Part shown: positions 26,802 to 37,700 of the stretch, piece by piece
Layout: every line of letters starts with the position of its first letter
Position numbering within the stretch: the first letter of the stretch is position 1
IMG/VR virus record: IMGVR_UViG_3300031857_000203
Location: 1-58,539 of that record
Origin: a virus
Taxonomy: Duplodnaviria; Caudoviricetes
DNA: 58,539 nucleotides
Direction: 5' to 3' (one strand)
Notes under the pieces: model-generated
Seen by the model: only the letters and a program-made list of their open reading frames with translations
What the model was told of the DNA's origin: nothing
Database searches by the model: none
Made by a program: the position numbers and the translations under genes

Positions 26802-29009
26802 ATGACTGCTAAAGTCTTCGCCCTAGACACCAAGGCTGGCATCCAGCGGGATGGGACTATTTTTGACAAGCAGTTCTATAGTGATGGGCGTTGGGTAAGG
26901 TTCCAGCGCGGCAGGCCCCGCAAGATTTCGGGTTATAGGGTCATATCTAGCCAACTGACAGGCCCATCTCGAGGCATTTGGGTCAACGCTCAAGACAGTT
27001 TCAACTACATCTTTAGTGGTTACAGCGATGGATTGCAGCAACTTGTCATTGATGACAACGGTGTGGGTGCAGGGGTTACTGAATTTACTTTGAGCAACTT
27101 CACAGCAAGTGCTTTGAACTTGTGGCAGTTTGACGGGTTCTTTGATGTAGACGGATCTGGCAATGCCTCTTTATTGGCTCACCCAGGATTAAATCTGGCG
27201 TCAACGGATGCCACATCAAATACTCCTGTGCTGATTGGCGACATCAACGGCACAACAATGTCTCAGATTGGTGTTTTCACGGACACTGCGACCACCTCCA
27301 GTGGACTTCCAACAGTCACGTTGGCTGCTACGAATCTTTTGATTGGGGCTGGGCAAGCAGTTACGGGGACGGGAATACCCGCAAACACAACAGTTGTATC
27401 TGTCTCTACAACTACGGTAACTTTGTCAAACAACGCTAGTGCTTCAGGCACTGTTACGCTGACGTTTAACAATAACGTTGAGGTATCTGGCGGTGTTGTT
27501 ACCTTGCATCCGTATGTGTTTGTCTACGGGAACAGTGGGCTAATCAGGAACTGCTCTGCGGGCAACGCTCAAGACTGGGTGTCCGCGGATGCCAATGAAG
27601 TAAACGTAGCTACAGGCAAGATCGTTCAAGGTCTTCCTGTTCGTGGTGGATCTAACTCTCCGAGTGGTCTTTTCTGGAGCTTGGACAGCCTTGTCAAAGT
27701 TAGCTTCATAGGTGGTCAAGGAACACCGGCGCAGTATTGGAGGTATGACATTGTTTCAAGTCAGTCTTCAATTCTGTCTAGCCAGTCTGCCATTGAGTAC
27801 GACGGTGTGTACTACTGGTGTGGTGTAGACCGATTCCTTCTGTACAACGGTGTTGTGAAGGAAATACCCAACGACATGAACCAGAACTACTTCTTTGACA
27901 ACCTGAACTACTCTCAGCGTCAAAAGGTATGGGTGACAAAGGTTCCTCGTTTTGGCGAGATTTGGTGGTTCTACCCTCGAGGTGACTCTGATGAGTGCAA
28001 TGATGCAATCATCTACAACATTCGAGAGAACACGTGGTATGACGCTGGTCAGGCTCTTGGTACGAGAAGGTCTGCAGGATACTTCTCACAGGTGTTCGCC
28101 TTCCCTGTCGCTGCGGGATGGGACGCGACTGAAGAAGTTGAAATCACAACTGCCACGGTAAATGCGACAAGCGGCAAAGACATGCTCTTGTTGGACACCT
28201 ACAACGTGGATGTTGTTGTGGGGCAGATGATTGATGGCACAAACATAGCATCTGGTGCTACGGTAGTTTCAATCACCTCCAGCAACATCAAGACGCTGGG
28301 CGCGATTACAGGTGGTTCTGGATATCCGAACAGCACTTACACAAATGTTCCTCTGACTGGAGGCAATGGTGCGGGAGCGCAAGCCACGGTCACGGTCAGT
28401 GGTGGAGCGGTTACTGCTGTCACAATTACGCAGGTTGGCGCTGGGTACGAGATAGGCGATTCTCTAAGCGCGAGCAACACGAATCTTGGCGGCTCGGGGT
28501 CTGGCTTTTCTGTTCCTGTAAGCGCAATCTATCTGCAAGGCATTGAGATGTCCTTGGTGGCGACGGGAACTGGATCGTCAACGGCAACGTTTAGTACAGA
28601 GCCTGGGTTGATCAGTGTCTATCAGCATGAGTTCGGAGTGAACGCAATTGATGGCACTACCGTAACTGCTATTGAGAGCTACTTTGAGACGAATGATCTT
28701 GGATGGGTTTCTGGTGGCCCTACGCAACCTGCAATGGAAGGCGCGAACAGGTGGTTGAGGCTTGAGCGTGTTGAGCCAGACTTCATCCAAGAGGGTGATA
28801 TGTCTCTGATCGTTACGGGAAGGCCTTACGCTCAATCAGAAGATGTTGAGTCAGACCCCTATACGTTTGCCCCGAATACGAACAAAATTGACATGAAGGA
28901 ACAACGCCGTGAGTTGCGGTTGAAGTTCGTGTCAAATGTGGCTGATGGCGACTATCAGCTAGGCCGAGTCATCTTGAGTGCTGACATCGGTGATGTCCGA
29001 GGTTATTGA
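26802..29009 (+). CDS. Tail tubular protein B / P22 gp10-like stabilisation protein with inserted domains
   Basis: GIQRDGT..WVRFQRGRPRKI; FGEIWWFYP..YNIRENTWY. Confidence 0.75.
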   Translation: MTAKVFALDTKAGIQRDGTIFDKQFYSDGRWVRFQRGRPRKISGYRVISSQLTGPSRGIWVNAQDSFNYIFSGYSDGLQQLVIDDNGVGAGVTEFTLSNFTASALNLWQFDGFFDVDGSGNASLLAHPGLNLASTDATSNTPVLIGDINGTTMSQIGVFTDTATTSSGLPTVTLAATNLLIGAGQAVTGTGIPANTTVVSVSTTTVTLSNNASASGTVTLTFNNNVEVSGGVVTLHPYVFVYGNSGLIRNCSAGNAQDWVSADANEVNVATGKIVQGLPVRGGSNSPSGLFWSLDSLVKVSFIGGQGTPAQYWRYDIVSSQSSILSSQSAIEYDGVYYWCGVDRFLLYNGVVKEIPNDMNQNYFFDNLNYSQRQKVWVTKVPRFGEIWWFYPRGDSDECNDAIIYNIRENTWYDAGQALGTRRSAGYFSQVFAFPVAAGWDATEEVEITTATVNATSGKDMLLLDTYNVDVVVGQMIDGTNIASGATVVSITSSNIKTLGAITGGSGYPNSTYTNVPLTGGNGAGAQATVTVSGGAVTAVTITQVGAGYEIGDSLSASNTNLGGSGSGFSVPVSAIYLQGIEMSLVATGTGSSTATFSTEPGLISVYQHEFGVNAIDGTTVTAIESYFETNDLGWVSGGPTQPAMEGANRWLRLERVEPDFIQEGDMSLIVTGRPYAQSEDVESDPYTFAPNTNKIDMKEQRRELRLKFVSNVADGDYQLGRVILSADIGDVRGY

Positions 29010-29028
29010 TCCCCTGAAGGAGTAAATC

Positions 29029-29433
29029 ATGGCAAACGCCATTTATCCGAAGTACAAGGAAGTCATCCTTGGCGCGGCCACCAACACTAACCTGCTTACC
29101 GGCACGGTCAAGGTTGCGCTGGTTGATACTGGAACGTACACCTACAACGCAGCGGACCAGTTCCTGACTTCGTTGACGGGTGTTGTGGGAACGGCCCAAA
29201 CGATTGGCGCTACCAAGTCTGTGACCAACGGCGTGTTTGATGGGGCCGATGTGACCTACACCTCTGTAACGGGTGCAAGTGTTGAGGCATTGGTGATCTA
29301 TGTGGACACCGGTTCTGCTGCTACTTCTCCGCTGGTGGCGTACATCGATACTGGTGTGACGGGTCTTCCTGTGACCCCGAACGGCGGCAACATCACGGTT
29401 ACTTGGAACGCCAGCGGCATCTTTGCGCTGTAA
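29029..29433 (+). CDS. Virion structural protein
   Basis: LVAYID..LPVTPNGGNITVTWNASGIF; AAGGAG RBS. Confidence 0.7.
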   Translation: MANAIYPKYKEVILGAATNTNLLTGTVKVALVDTGTYTYNAADQFLTSLTGVVGTAQTIGATKSVTNGVFDGADVTYTSVTGASVEALVIYVDTGSAATSPLVAYIDTGVTGLPVTPNGGNITVTWNASGIFAL

Positions 29434-29436
29434 GCC

Positions 29437-31500
29437 ATGACGGCTCTGTACCACGCTTATTCCCAGACGGTTGCGGATGGGACAGCGACATCTGTCGTTC
29501 GTCCTAGCGACTGGAATTCCGCCCACGTTCAAGGCCAGACAATCTCTGGTAATACGGCGGGGTTTTCGTCTTTTACGGGGACGAACATCGTCCTCCAGGG
29601 TGGCAATAACGTCACGCTGAGTGCGGCGACTGCGGCGGGTGCAGCAACAATCATCATCAGCGGGGCGAACACTGTCGCGCAGACGGTACAGACCCAAGCG
29701 TCAGGTGCGATAGCCGGGACCGGGTTTACCTCCACGACGACAGCGGGAACCGCTGTTACGGCAACGATGGGGACAAACGGCCTGTCAATGGCCGTCCCTG
29801 CGTTCATCACGACCTTTGCAAATGACCTAACTTCAGGTCGAGCAGGGACCGGCTTTACGAGCACTACGACGGCTGGTACAGCGATTGTTGCCACCCAAGG
29901 GACCAACGGCCTTTCAATGGCTGTTCCGGCCTACATCACCACCTTCGTCAATGATTTGACCTCTGGACGGGCTGGGACGGGATTCACTTCGACAACAACA
30001 GCAGGAACAGCAATTACTGCTGCGCTGGGCACCAATGGCCTTTCCATGGCCGTCCCTGCGTTTATAACAACCTACGTTGGGCAAACAACCCAGACTCAGC
30101 CAGCAGGCAACATCGCTGGGGCGGGGTACACCAGCACCACACAAGCCGGGTCTACGGTAGGCATCACGCAGAACAGCAACGGGCTGTCTGCTGCTTGGCC
30201 TGCGTTTATCACCACAGCTACGCAGTCCGTTCAAACGCAAGCCTCTGGCGCGATAGCTGGTACTGGCTTCACCTCGACCACCACGGCTGGTACGGCGATC
30301 ACTGCTGCGCTAGGGACTAACGGACTGTCAATGGCAGTCCCGCAGTACATAACGACCTTCGTTAACGACCTGACGTCAGGCCGAGCCGGGACAGGCTTCA
30401 CCAGCACAACCACGGCGGGTACGGCCATCGTCGCCACGCAAGACACAAATGGCCTCTCAATGGCGGTGCCTGCGTACATCACGACTTACGTTAACGACCT
30501 GACCTCGGGTCGGGCGGGTACGGGAACCACGTTAGCAACAACCAACATCAACGCTACATTGAGCGCGAACACCAACGGGGTGGCGCTGTCTATGAGTGTT
30601 CCAGATGTGGACTTTAATGCGTGGAACCTGCTGGGCAATACCTCCGGAACCACTGCTACCACGGTCACTACGCAAGGGGCGCTGTATTTTCACGGTGGCA
30701 ACAACATCACCTTGAGCGGGAACTCCAACACCATCGTCATTTCTGCTGGTGCAGGTGGTGGTACAACCAACCAGACGGGGCCAAACATCGCTGTTGTAGG
30801 CTCGACCATCACATCCGGCACGGTAGTCTTTAGCAACTCCAACGGCGTAAGTTTTGGCCTCAACGGCAGTACGTTGACGGCTTCAGTTCTGCCAAACCCT
30901 GTGCGTGACGGCTGGGCTCCGTATAGTGACCTTGAATTGGTCGCAGGCCAACAAGGGCAAGGAACCTTGTACTTTGAGCCTGAGCATAGCCCTAATTTTA
31001 TTCAAGACCGAGTTGGAATCCCAATTGCGTACACCAACGCCACAAACTCCACCGGGTCAGTAACGCTTAGTTACTATATAGGCTTATACACACAGAACGT
31101 CAGTACTCTTTCACTTGCAAGTAGCACTTCATTTAGCACTGGTTTTACGTTTTCTGGAACCGTTGCAAGCTACTCGTTGTTTTCGGGAATGCGGCTGCTT
31201 ACTATCCCGTGGTCATTGACGTTAGCCGATCAGGAAGTTTACATTGGTCAGCTTTCCAGAACCACAACAGGCGGCAACAACGCCTCTATTTCTCAGATGT
31301 TAGTTACCAACATCAATAGCAATTTTGTTGGTTTCTTCGGTCAATCTCACAACACCACGCAGCAGTTTACGCAAGGGCAAGGTGTGTACTCAACAACTAC
31401 AGCAGCACTGCCAAACAGTGTGGCGTTTAGTCAGATTCGTGGATCTGATTCTCTGGCGTTCCGCGCCCCTGCAATTAGGTTCATCAACAGCACGGTGTAA
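29437..31500 (+). CDS. Thr-rich fibre protein with ~43-aa tandem repeats
   Basis: AGTGFTSTTTAGTAI.A..GTNGLSMAVPA.ITT repeated about 7 times. Confidence 0.75.
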   Translation: MTALYHAYSQTVADGTATSVVRPSDWNSAHVQGQTISGNTAGFSSFTGTNIVLQGGNNVTLSAATAAGAATIIISGANTVAQTVQTQASGAIAGTGFTSTTTAGTAVTATMGTNGLSMAVPAFITTFANDLTSGRAGTGFTSTTTAGTAIVATQGTNGLSMAVPAYITTFVNDLTSGRAGTGFTSTTTAGTAITAALGTNGLSMAVPAFITTYVGQTTQTQPAGNIAGAGYTSTTQAGSTVGITQNSNGLSAAWPAFITTATQSVQTQASGAIAGTGFTSTTTAGTAITAALGTNGLSMAVPQYITTFVNDLTSGRAGTGFTSTTTAGTAIVATQDTNGLSMAVPAYITTYVNDLTSGRAGTGTTLATTNINATLSANTNGVALSMSVPDVDFNAWNLLGNTSGTTATTVTTQGALYFHGGNNITLSGNSNTIVISAGAGGGTTNQTGPNIAVVGSTITSGTVVFSNSNGVSFGLNGSTLTASVLPNPVRDGWAPYSDLELVAGQQGQGTLYFEPEHSPNFIQDRVGIPIAYTNATNSTGSVTLSYYIGLYTQNVSTLSLASSTSFSTGFTFSGTVASYSLFSGMRLLTIPWSLTLADQEVYIGQLSRTTTGGNNASISQMLVTNINSNFVGFFGQSHNTTQQFTQGQGVYSTTTAALPNSVAFSQIRGSDSLAFRAPAIRFINSTV

Positions 31501-31502
31501 GT

Positions 31503-31664
31503 ATGGACATCAACGACTTTGATAGTTGCCAAAGGATTACGGTTGACGATACTGTTTACATCGTGTTATCCATTCCCGTGCCAAACATTGCTCTGTGCGT
31601 CCGTGAATTTGATGTAACTGGCGGTGCCTCCTACGTGGCTACTGTGATTGTTGGGATGCCCTGA
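31503..31664 (+). CDS. 53-aa hypothetical protein, absent from ORF track
   Basis: Fills the gap; TGATG coupling to the glycosyltransferase gene. Confidence 0.55.
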   Translation: MDINDFDSCQRITVDDTVYIVLSIPVPNIALCVREFDVTGGASYVATVIVGMP

Positions 31665-32398
31665 TGCAGCCACAAATCATCTCCTCCTATGACGGCGGCG
31701 CACACAACGCTGATCTGGAAAAGACCGTATCTCGCCTGACTGCGGAGAAGTCTTACAAAGACCTGTCTTGCATCCAGATCGTGCCGTGCTTTGGGCAGAT
31801 CCCCACGCGGGCGGTGGCGTCATGGATGAACCTCTACGCCCCTCCTAATGCCAAATTTACACGCCTGTGGGCTGTAGGCATGGAGGTTGGCAAGGCGTTT
31901 AGCGCTGCCATTGAGAGCATCCTGGCTCACCCAGACCTGAGCAAGTGGAAGTACGTCATCACTCTTGAGCACGACAACATTCCGCCTCCTGATGGGATCG
32001 TGAAGCTCCTGATGCAGATGGAGAACCACCCGGAGTATGCGTGTATTGGCGGTCTGTACTTTACGCAAGGCCCAGGGGGATGTGCTCAGATCTGGGGTGA
32101 TCCCAAAGACCCTGTGACCAACTTCCGCCCCCAGCGTCCTGATCCTGCCGGTGGGTTGGTGGAGTGCTGTGGCACCGGCATGGGGTTCAACGTCTGGCGT
32201 CTTGATATGTTCAAGGACGAGCGCCTACGTAAACCTTGGTTTGTGACGCAGACAGATCAAGGCGTTGCTACTCAAGATTTGTACTTCTGGTCTGATGCTA
32301 GAAAGTACGGCTACCGCTGTGCTATTGATTGCTCAGTGAAGGTCGGACATTATGACCTCGAAGGCAAGCGCGGCGGAATTCCTGACTACGTGTGGTGA
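31664..32398 (+). CDS. Glycosyltransferase, GT-A/GT2-like
   Basis: YVITLEHDN (DxD-like), GGLY, GTGMGF, KPWF, QDLYF, VKVGH. Confidence 0.75.
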   Translation: MQPQIISSYDGGAHNADLEKTVSRLTAEKSYKDLSCIQIVPCFGQIPTRAVASWMNLYAPPNAKFTRLWAVGMEVGKAFSAAIESILAHPDLSKWKYVITLEHDNIPPPDGIVKLLMQMENHPEYACIGGLYFTQGPGGCAQIWGDPKDPVTNFRPQRPDPAGGLVECCGTGMGFNVWRLDMFKDERLRKPWFVTQTDQGVATQDLYFWSDARKYGYRCAIDCSVKVGHYDLEGKRGGIPDYVW

Positions 32399-32401
32399 TC
32401 A

Positions 32402-32944
32402 ATGAAACTTGACCTTGGTTGTGGCGGCAAGAAGAAAGAAGGATTCCTCGGCGTAGATCAGTACGCTATGGAAGGTGTTGATGTCGTCCTTAACATCGGT
32501 GTTGACCCTTGGCCTTGGGAAGACGGCACTGTGGAGGAGATCCACGCCAGCCATTTTCTTGAGCACCTGACTGCACCGCAGCGGGTTCACTTCATGAACG
32601 AAGCATTCCGGGTCATGAAGGAAGGGGCGAAAGCCACGGTGATCACGCCGCACTGGGCCTCGAACCGTGCCTATGGGGACTTCACGCACCAGTGGCCCCC
32701 TGTTTCGGAGATGTTCTACTACTATCTGAAGCAGGCGTGGCGGGACACAAATGCACCGCACACTGACAAAAAGTGGAATGCTGCAGGCTACTCCTGCAAC
32801 TTCGACGCCACCTGGGGTTACTCGTTCTCTCCAGAACTTGGCGCTAGACATCCTGAGCATGTCCAGTTCGCCCTGCAGAACTACAAAGAAGCAGCCCTTG
32901 ACACTCACGCTACCCTGATCAAACCAATCACCAAAGTGGATTAA
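32402..32944 (+). CDS. Class I SAM-dependent methyltransferase
   Basis: KLDLGCG motif I, ASHFLEHL, EAFRVMK.G. Confidence 0.85.
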   Translation: MKLDLGCGGKKKEGFLGVDQYAMEGVDVVLNIGVDPWPWEDGTVEEIHASHFLEHLTAPQRVHFMNEAFRVMKEGAKATVITPHWASNRAYGDFTHQWPPVSEMFYYYLKQAWRDTNAPHTDKKWNAAGYSCNFDATWGYSFSPELGARHPEHVQFALQNYKEAALDTHATLIKPITKVD

Positions 32945-32947
32945 GCA

Positions 32948-34402
32948 ATGGCCGCGGCATTTCAGAGTAATGCGTTTCAGAGTGACGCATTCCAAGCAGA
33001 TGCTGCGGTACAAAACCTATCGCCATCGCTGTTCACTAACAGCAATGATTTCTACACACCGACAGTAACCGCTGGAACAGTTGATCTCCAGCCTAGTCGG
33101 TACGACAACACAAACACCTTCTACGCGGCGACTGTTGCAGCCAGCAACACGCTTACGCCTGCGCTTTACACAAACACTAATACCTTCTACACGCCAGTAG
33201 TTGCGTCAAGTAATGAACTACTGCCTGCAAGGTTTGACAACGCCAATGCGTTCTATGCGCCTACTGTCTCGGTCAGCAATGATCTAGCTCCGGCTCTCTA
33301 CACCAATACACAGACCTTCTATTCGGCAACTGTTAGCGCCAGCAACGAACTGCTGCCATCGCTGTACACGAATAGTCAGACCTTCTACTCTCCTACAGTC
33401 TTCCAGTTTACTGAGCTATTGCCGTCGCTGTACGTCAATACGCAGACGTTCTATTCGCCCACAGTCACGTTCAGCAATACGCTGCTGCCTGGGCTATACA
33501 CAAACACAAACACCTTCTACTCAGCAACGGTTGCGAGTTCATATGCTCTTAGCCCGTCGCTGGTAACGAATACTCAGAATTTCTACAGCGCTACGGTACA
33601 GGCAGAAAATGAACTGCTGCCGAGCCTTGTAGTCAACTCGCAGACGTTCTACAGCGCGACTGTCAGCACAGACATCACGCTGCTGCCTTCGCTCTACACG
33701 AACACTCAGACGTTCTATTCGCCTGTCGTTGAGGCCTCGAATGAGCTTCTGCCTGCGCTGTTCACCAACAGCAATACGTTCTACACGCCTACGGTTGTTG
33801 GGACGTACAGCTTAGATCCAGCAAGGTACAACAACACCCAGACGTTCTACTTAGCGTCTGTCACTGCTCAGAGTTTCCTGAATCCGGGGCTCTACACGAA
33901 CCCCAACACGTTCTATTCGCCAACTGTTGACACAAGGTTAGTTCCTGCGCTGCTTGTAAACAGTCAGGTCTTCTATTCACCAACGGTTGCGCCTGGGCCA
34001 GTTAATCTGCTGCCGTCGCTGTACGTCAACACTAACCAGTTCTTCTCTGCTGCGGTAGAACTTGGGACGTACACGATCACCAGAGCCCAGGCCAGATTGC
34101 TGCAGCAGATATACAAGCTCAATGGGCTTGACTCGACACCGTTGACTGTGGGCACTAACTTCAGAGCGGTAGATGACATCGTTCAATCCATCGCAGAAGC
34201 TAGGAATGGGACGATAACTGTTGAAACAACTGCTGGTCTGACTTACACGACTGACAATCCTGGGGTGATGATTGAAGAGCTGGCGGCTCTGTATGCCCTG
34301 ACGGATACGTTGCAGGTGACTCGCAACGGCAGGTTTGTGGGTACGTTGTCTCAGTCCATTGAAACGAACGGGTTCACCACAGTGGTGACGAGGCTGACAT
34401 GA
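32948..34402 (+). CDS. Structural protein with ~22-aa tandem repeats
   Basis: LLPSLYTNTQTFYSPTV repeated about 16 times; N-terminal FQSNAFQSDAFQ. Confidence 0.75.
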   Translation: MAAAFQSNAFQSDAFQADAAVQNLSPSLFTNSNDFYTPTVTAGTVDLQPSRYDNTNTFYAATVAASNTLTPALYTNTNTFYTPVVASSNELLPARFDNANAFYAPTVSVSNDLAPALYTNTQTFYSATVSASNELLPSLYTNSQTFYSPTVFQFTELLPSLYVNTQTFYSPTVTFSNTLLPGLYTNTNTFYSATVASSYALSPSLVTNTQNFYSATVQAENELLPSLVVNSQTFYSATVSTDITLLPSLYTNTQTFYSPVVEASNELLPALFTNSNTFYTPTVVGTYSLDPARYNNTQTFYLASVTAQSFLNPGLYTNPNTFYSPTVDTRLVPALLVNSQVFYSPTVAPGPVNLLPSLYVNTNQFFSAAVELGTYTITRAQARLLQQIYKLNGLDSTPLTVGTNFRAVDDIVQSIAEARNGTITVETTAGLTYTTDNPGVMIEELAALYALTDTLQVTRNGRFVGTLSQSIETNGFTTVVTRLT

Positions 34403-34740
34403 CGCCACGTTCAGTAGCGTTATTTGGCATTGGGTTCTCGCCACTGCTGGTGGCTACATTTGGCCTTGCCCCGGAGTCGAATGGGGTGGCGGGAAGTTCT
34501 CCGCTTGTCTATGATCCGAGGTATCACACCTTTGACTCTTGGGCAAGCCTGATGGCAGAACAGTACGCTGTCAATCATCTCGAGATTCCAAGCCAGAACA
34601 CAGACTGGAAGCTCTGGGGCAATGGCTTGAAGGCGATTGACGTCTTCACCAACGAAGCAATCCCAGCAACAGACATCTACGACGACTGGCAAGAGTGGGC
34701 TCAGGCTCTGCTAGGCGCGATAAACCCTGCGGTAAATTGA
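34399..34740 (+). CDS. Conserved tail-module protein
   Basis: LVYDPRYHTFDSWASLM..DWQEWA; ATGA overlap. Confidence 0.65.
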   Translation: MTPRSVALFGIGFSPLLVATFGLAPESNGVAGSSPLVYDPRYHTFDSWASLMAEQYAVNHLEIPSQNTDWKLWGNGLKAIDVFTNEAIPATDIYDDWQEWAQALLGAINPAVN

Positions 34741-34741
34741 T

Positions 34742-37700
34742 ATGGCAAACCCAAGTATTCGTGATGTTGCGTCAATGCTGCCTAGTGATTGGGCGACAAA
34801 AAGCGGATCACAAAGGATTGCTTGGTTCAATGAGAACAGCGTCACGCCAGATGAGCTGGCAATTGCTGGTATTCCAGATTCCGATATTGATGCCTTTTAT
34901 GACATGGGGTTCAAGGGGGGAGCGACGCGTACTGCATCCGATGCGCAAGTAAATGTGCAGGAGGCTTTTGGCATTTCTGGAGTTGTGGATGTTAAGGCGC
35001 TAAACAGGGCGCTAATTCTTGGGGGCACTTTTTACTTCCCAGCAGGCACATACACTTTTAGCAGCGCTCTGAACATACCGTCTAATGTTACGCTTATAGG
35101 AGACGGTGCTGGGGAAACTGTTTTTTTGGCGGGGGAGAACTACTCTCCTGATATGCCACTTGCGCGAGTAATACACCAAAGTAGCTCTGTAAATATTAAC
35201 GGAGTTACGTTTGATGGCGGCAATAATCCAAGGGGGTCGCGGGCTCTTGTTGAAATCAGAAATGTGTCTGACGTCAATTTTGCAAACAGCGGCGTTCAAA
35301 ATACCCCGTATACCGGGGTTGACCTTGGTGGCTCTCAAAACGTAACCATCCAAAACTCTGTTTTTGCAAATACAGGGAACCCGCAATCTACCAAGATGGG
35401 TGGCCCCGCTATTTACGCTGGCGGTGAAGGCCAATATCAATCTAAGAACATAAACGTGGTAAATAACACGTTTAAGGACAACAACTGGTCAGCCGCCTAC
35501 TTTATGCCAGATGGCGGGCAGTTTTCCAACAACACCTGTGTAAATAACGGCGAATCTACGCTGTTCATGAATCACACTGGCAAGAACGTCACGATTGCAA
35601 ACAATGTGATCGACGGCTCTCGTAGGATGGATATCTCTGGCAGTGGTCTTGAGCTTGGTGGTCAGAACCTGCAGGTCTACGGCAACAAGATTTCCAACTG
35701 CGCTGCAGATGGCATTTCGCTGACGGACGTATCTAACTCCGTCATTAAAGACAACGCGATCTTTAACAACGGTCAGGAGTCGTCTTCTTATCTAGGCTTT
35801 GCGAATGCTTCTGGCATCGGCGTTCATACGACTTCAAACGTATCAAACAACGTAATCCAGGGCAATAGCATCTATGACGACCAGCAGACGCCTACGCAGC
35901 AATACGCGATTGGCGGCTGGGCTGAAAACAACTCTAGCTTTCAAAACAGCACGATCAGCGACAACTCTGTTTATGGGAACGCCAAGGGTGCGGTTCTTGA
36001 GTTGACGCCTATCTTTGGGAGCAGTGTTGCTGAAGCGCAGAAGACGCAACAGCAGGCCCCGCAACCCGTTGCGCAACAGGCGGCGCAACCTGTAGCAGAG
36101 CAGCCTGCCGCTGCGCCCTCGCCTGCGCCGTCTGCCGCGTCGGGTTCAAATCCGTTTGCCAATCTAAAGTTTGAGTCGAGGTATCAGCCTACTGGTGCTT
36201 CTGTTGAGTCAGGTAACCCAACAGAACAATACGCTGGAGAGTTCGCCACTCTTGATGGCGCAGAGGTACAGAAGACATACGATTTAGTTGGGCAAACAGA
36301 ACAGGACACAGGCCAGTCTGTTTTCAGTGGGTACTCAAAATCAGTCGCTGCACCTGAATATGGACAAGGTTTTTATAGAACGGATGTTTACGATACCAAC
36401 GGCAAATATGTAAGTTCCAACATTCACAACCCCGGCGAAGACAAGTATGGTCTTCGTGCTCTCTCGCAATTGGCCGTCATGGCTGTGACCATGAACCCCG
36501 CCATTGGAGCCGTTATTGGCGGGTCTATCACGACTGGTTTGGGTATTTCTGCATCTGCGGCCACTAACGCTTTCATCGGAAACACGGTAATTAACACTGT
36601 GTTGAATGGTGGAGACATTGAGTCCGCCGTTAAGTCCTCTGTTGCCTCTTGGGCTGGTGCTCAAGCAGGACAACTTGCTGGTGAGACCGCTAAGACCATG
36701 TTCAGCAATCCCGAGGGGATCAAGCTGATCAGCAATGTTGCCAATCAAGCTACAAGAGCAGTTGTTCTCGGGCAAGACGTTGAGACTGCAGCCCTAAACA
36801 CGCTGGTTGCTGGTGCTGTTGACTATGGCACTGCCAAGATTCCCGGCTTCGATAGTCTTCCGGACGCGGTAAAGAGCACAATCAAGCAGTCAATCAGTGC
36901 TGCGGTTCAAGGCCAAGACATTGATGCTGGTGCGATGCTGGCTAATGCCGCCAAGGAAGGCTTGCTGGCATATGGCCTAAATCAGATCCCTCAGTTCAAG
37001 GATGCTGATGCGCGTACACAGTCGTTCATTACGACGATGCTGCGCTCGGGTATTGATGGTGGTGATCTGTCTGAGTCCGCGGTCAAATGGGCAATTGGGC
37101 AGGCCCAGCAAGAACTGCAAAAGGTCTTCAAGGCTGGCCCTGCGCTGGACGAACTGAAGAAGGCCGGGATCATTAGCGATGCCAGCTATTACGGCTTGGA
37201 TGACCGTCAGAAGGAGCTTGTTGACCGTCTTTCCCAGCAGAAAGACCCGAAGGCTGCTGCTGCTCAGTACATCAACGAGCAGACGACTACCCCTGAAGAG
37301 ATCCGCCAGTTCTACAAGCAGATCACTGGTAAGGACGCAACGGATGCTGATGCGGAGCTTCTGTCCACCTTTACAGGTATGGATGAGGCTACAGCGAAGG
37401 TGGGCCTAGACAACCAGATCAGGGCCAACATTGCTGTTGATGAGATGCGGTTTGATGAGTTGAACAGGGTGTTCAACGATCCGCAGATGACGGATCAAGA
37501 TCTCATCAACGTGATGAAGGAGTACAACATTACTCCTGCGTTTGTTGAGAAGATCACGGGCCAGAAGTACGACGACATCGTTCGGCAGATGGACGCCCGC
37601 TTCATGTCTGAGGATGAAGTGGTTGATGCGTTTAAGAGCGCACGGGAAGCTGCAGGACTTGAGCCTAGAGATCCGACGCCTGATGAGATCAGGCGGTACA

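Noticed and set aside
29690-34060. Tandem repeats as a CRISPR array
   Set aside because: The repeats are in-frame coding units with synonymous divergence; there are no unique spacers and no cas genes.
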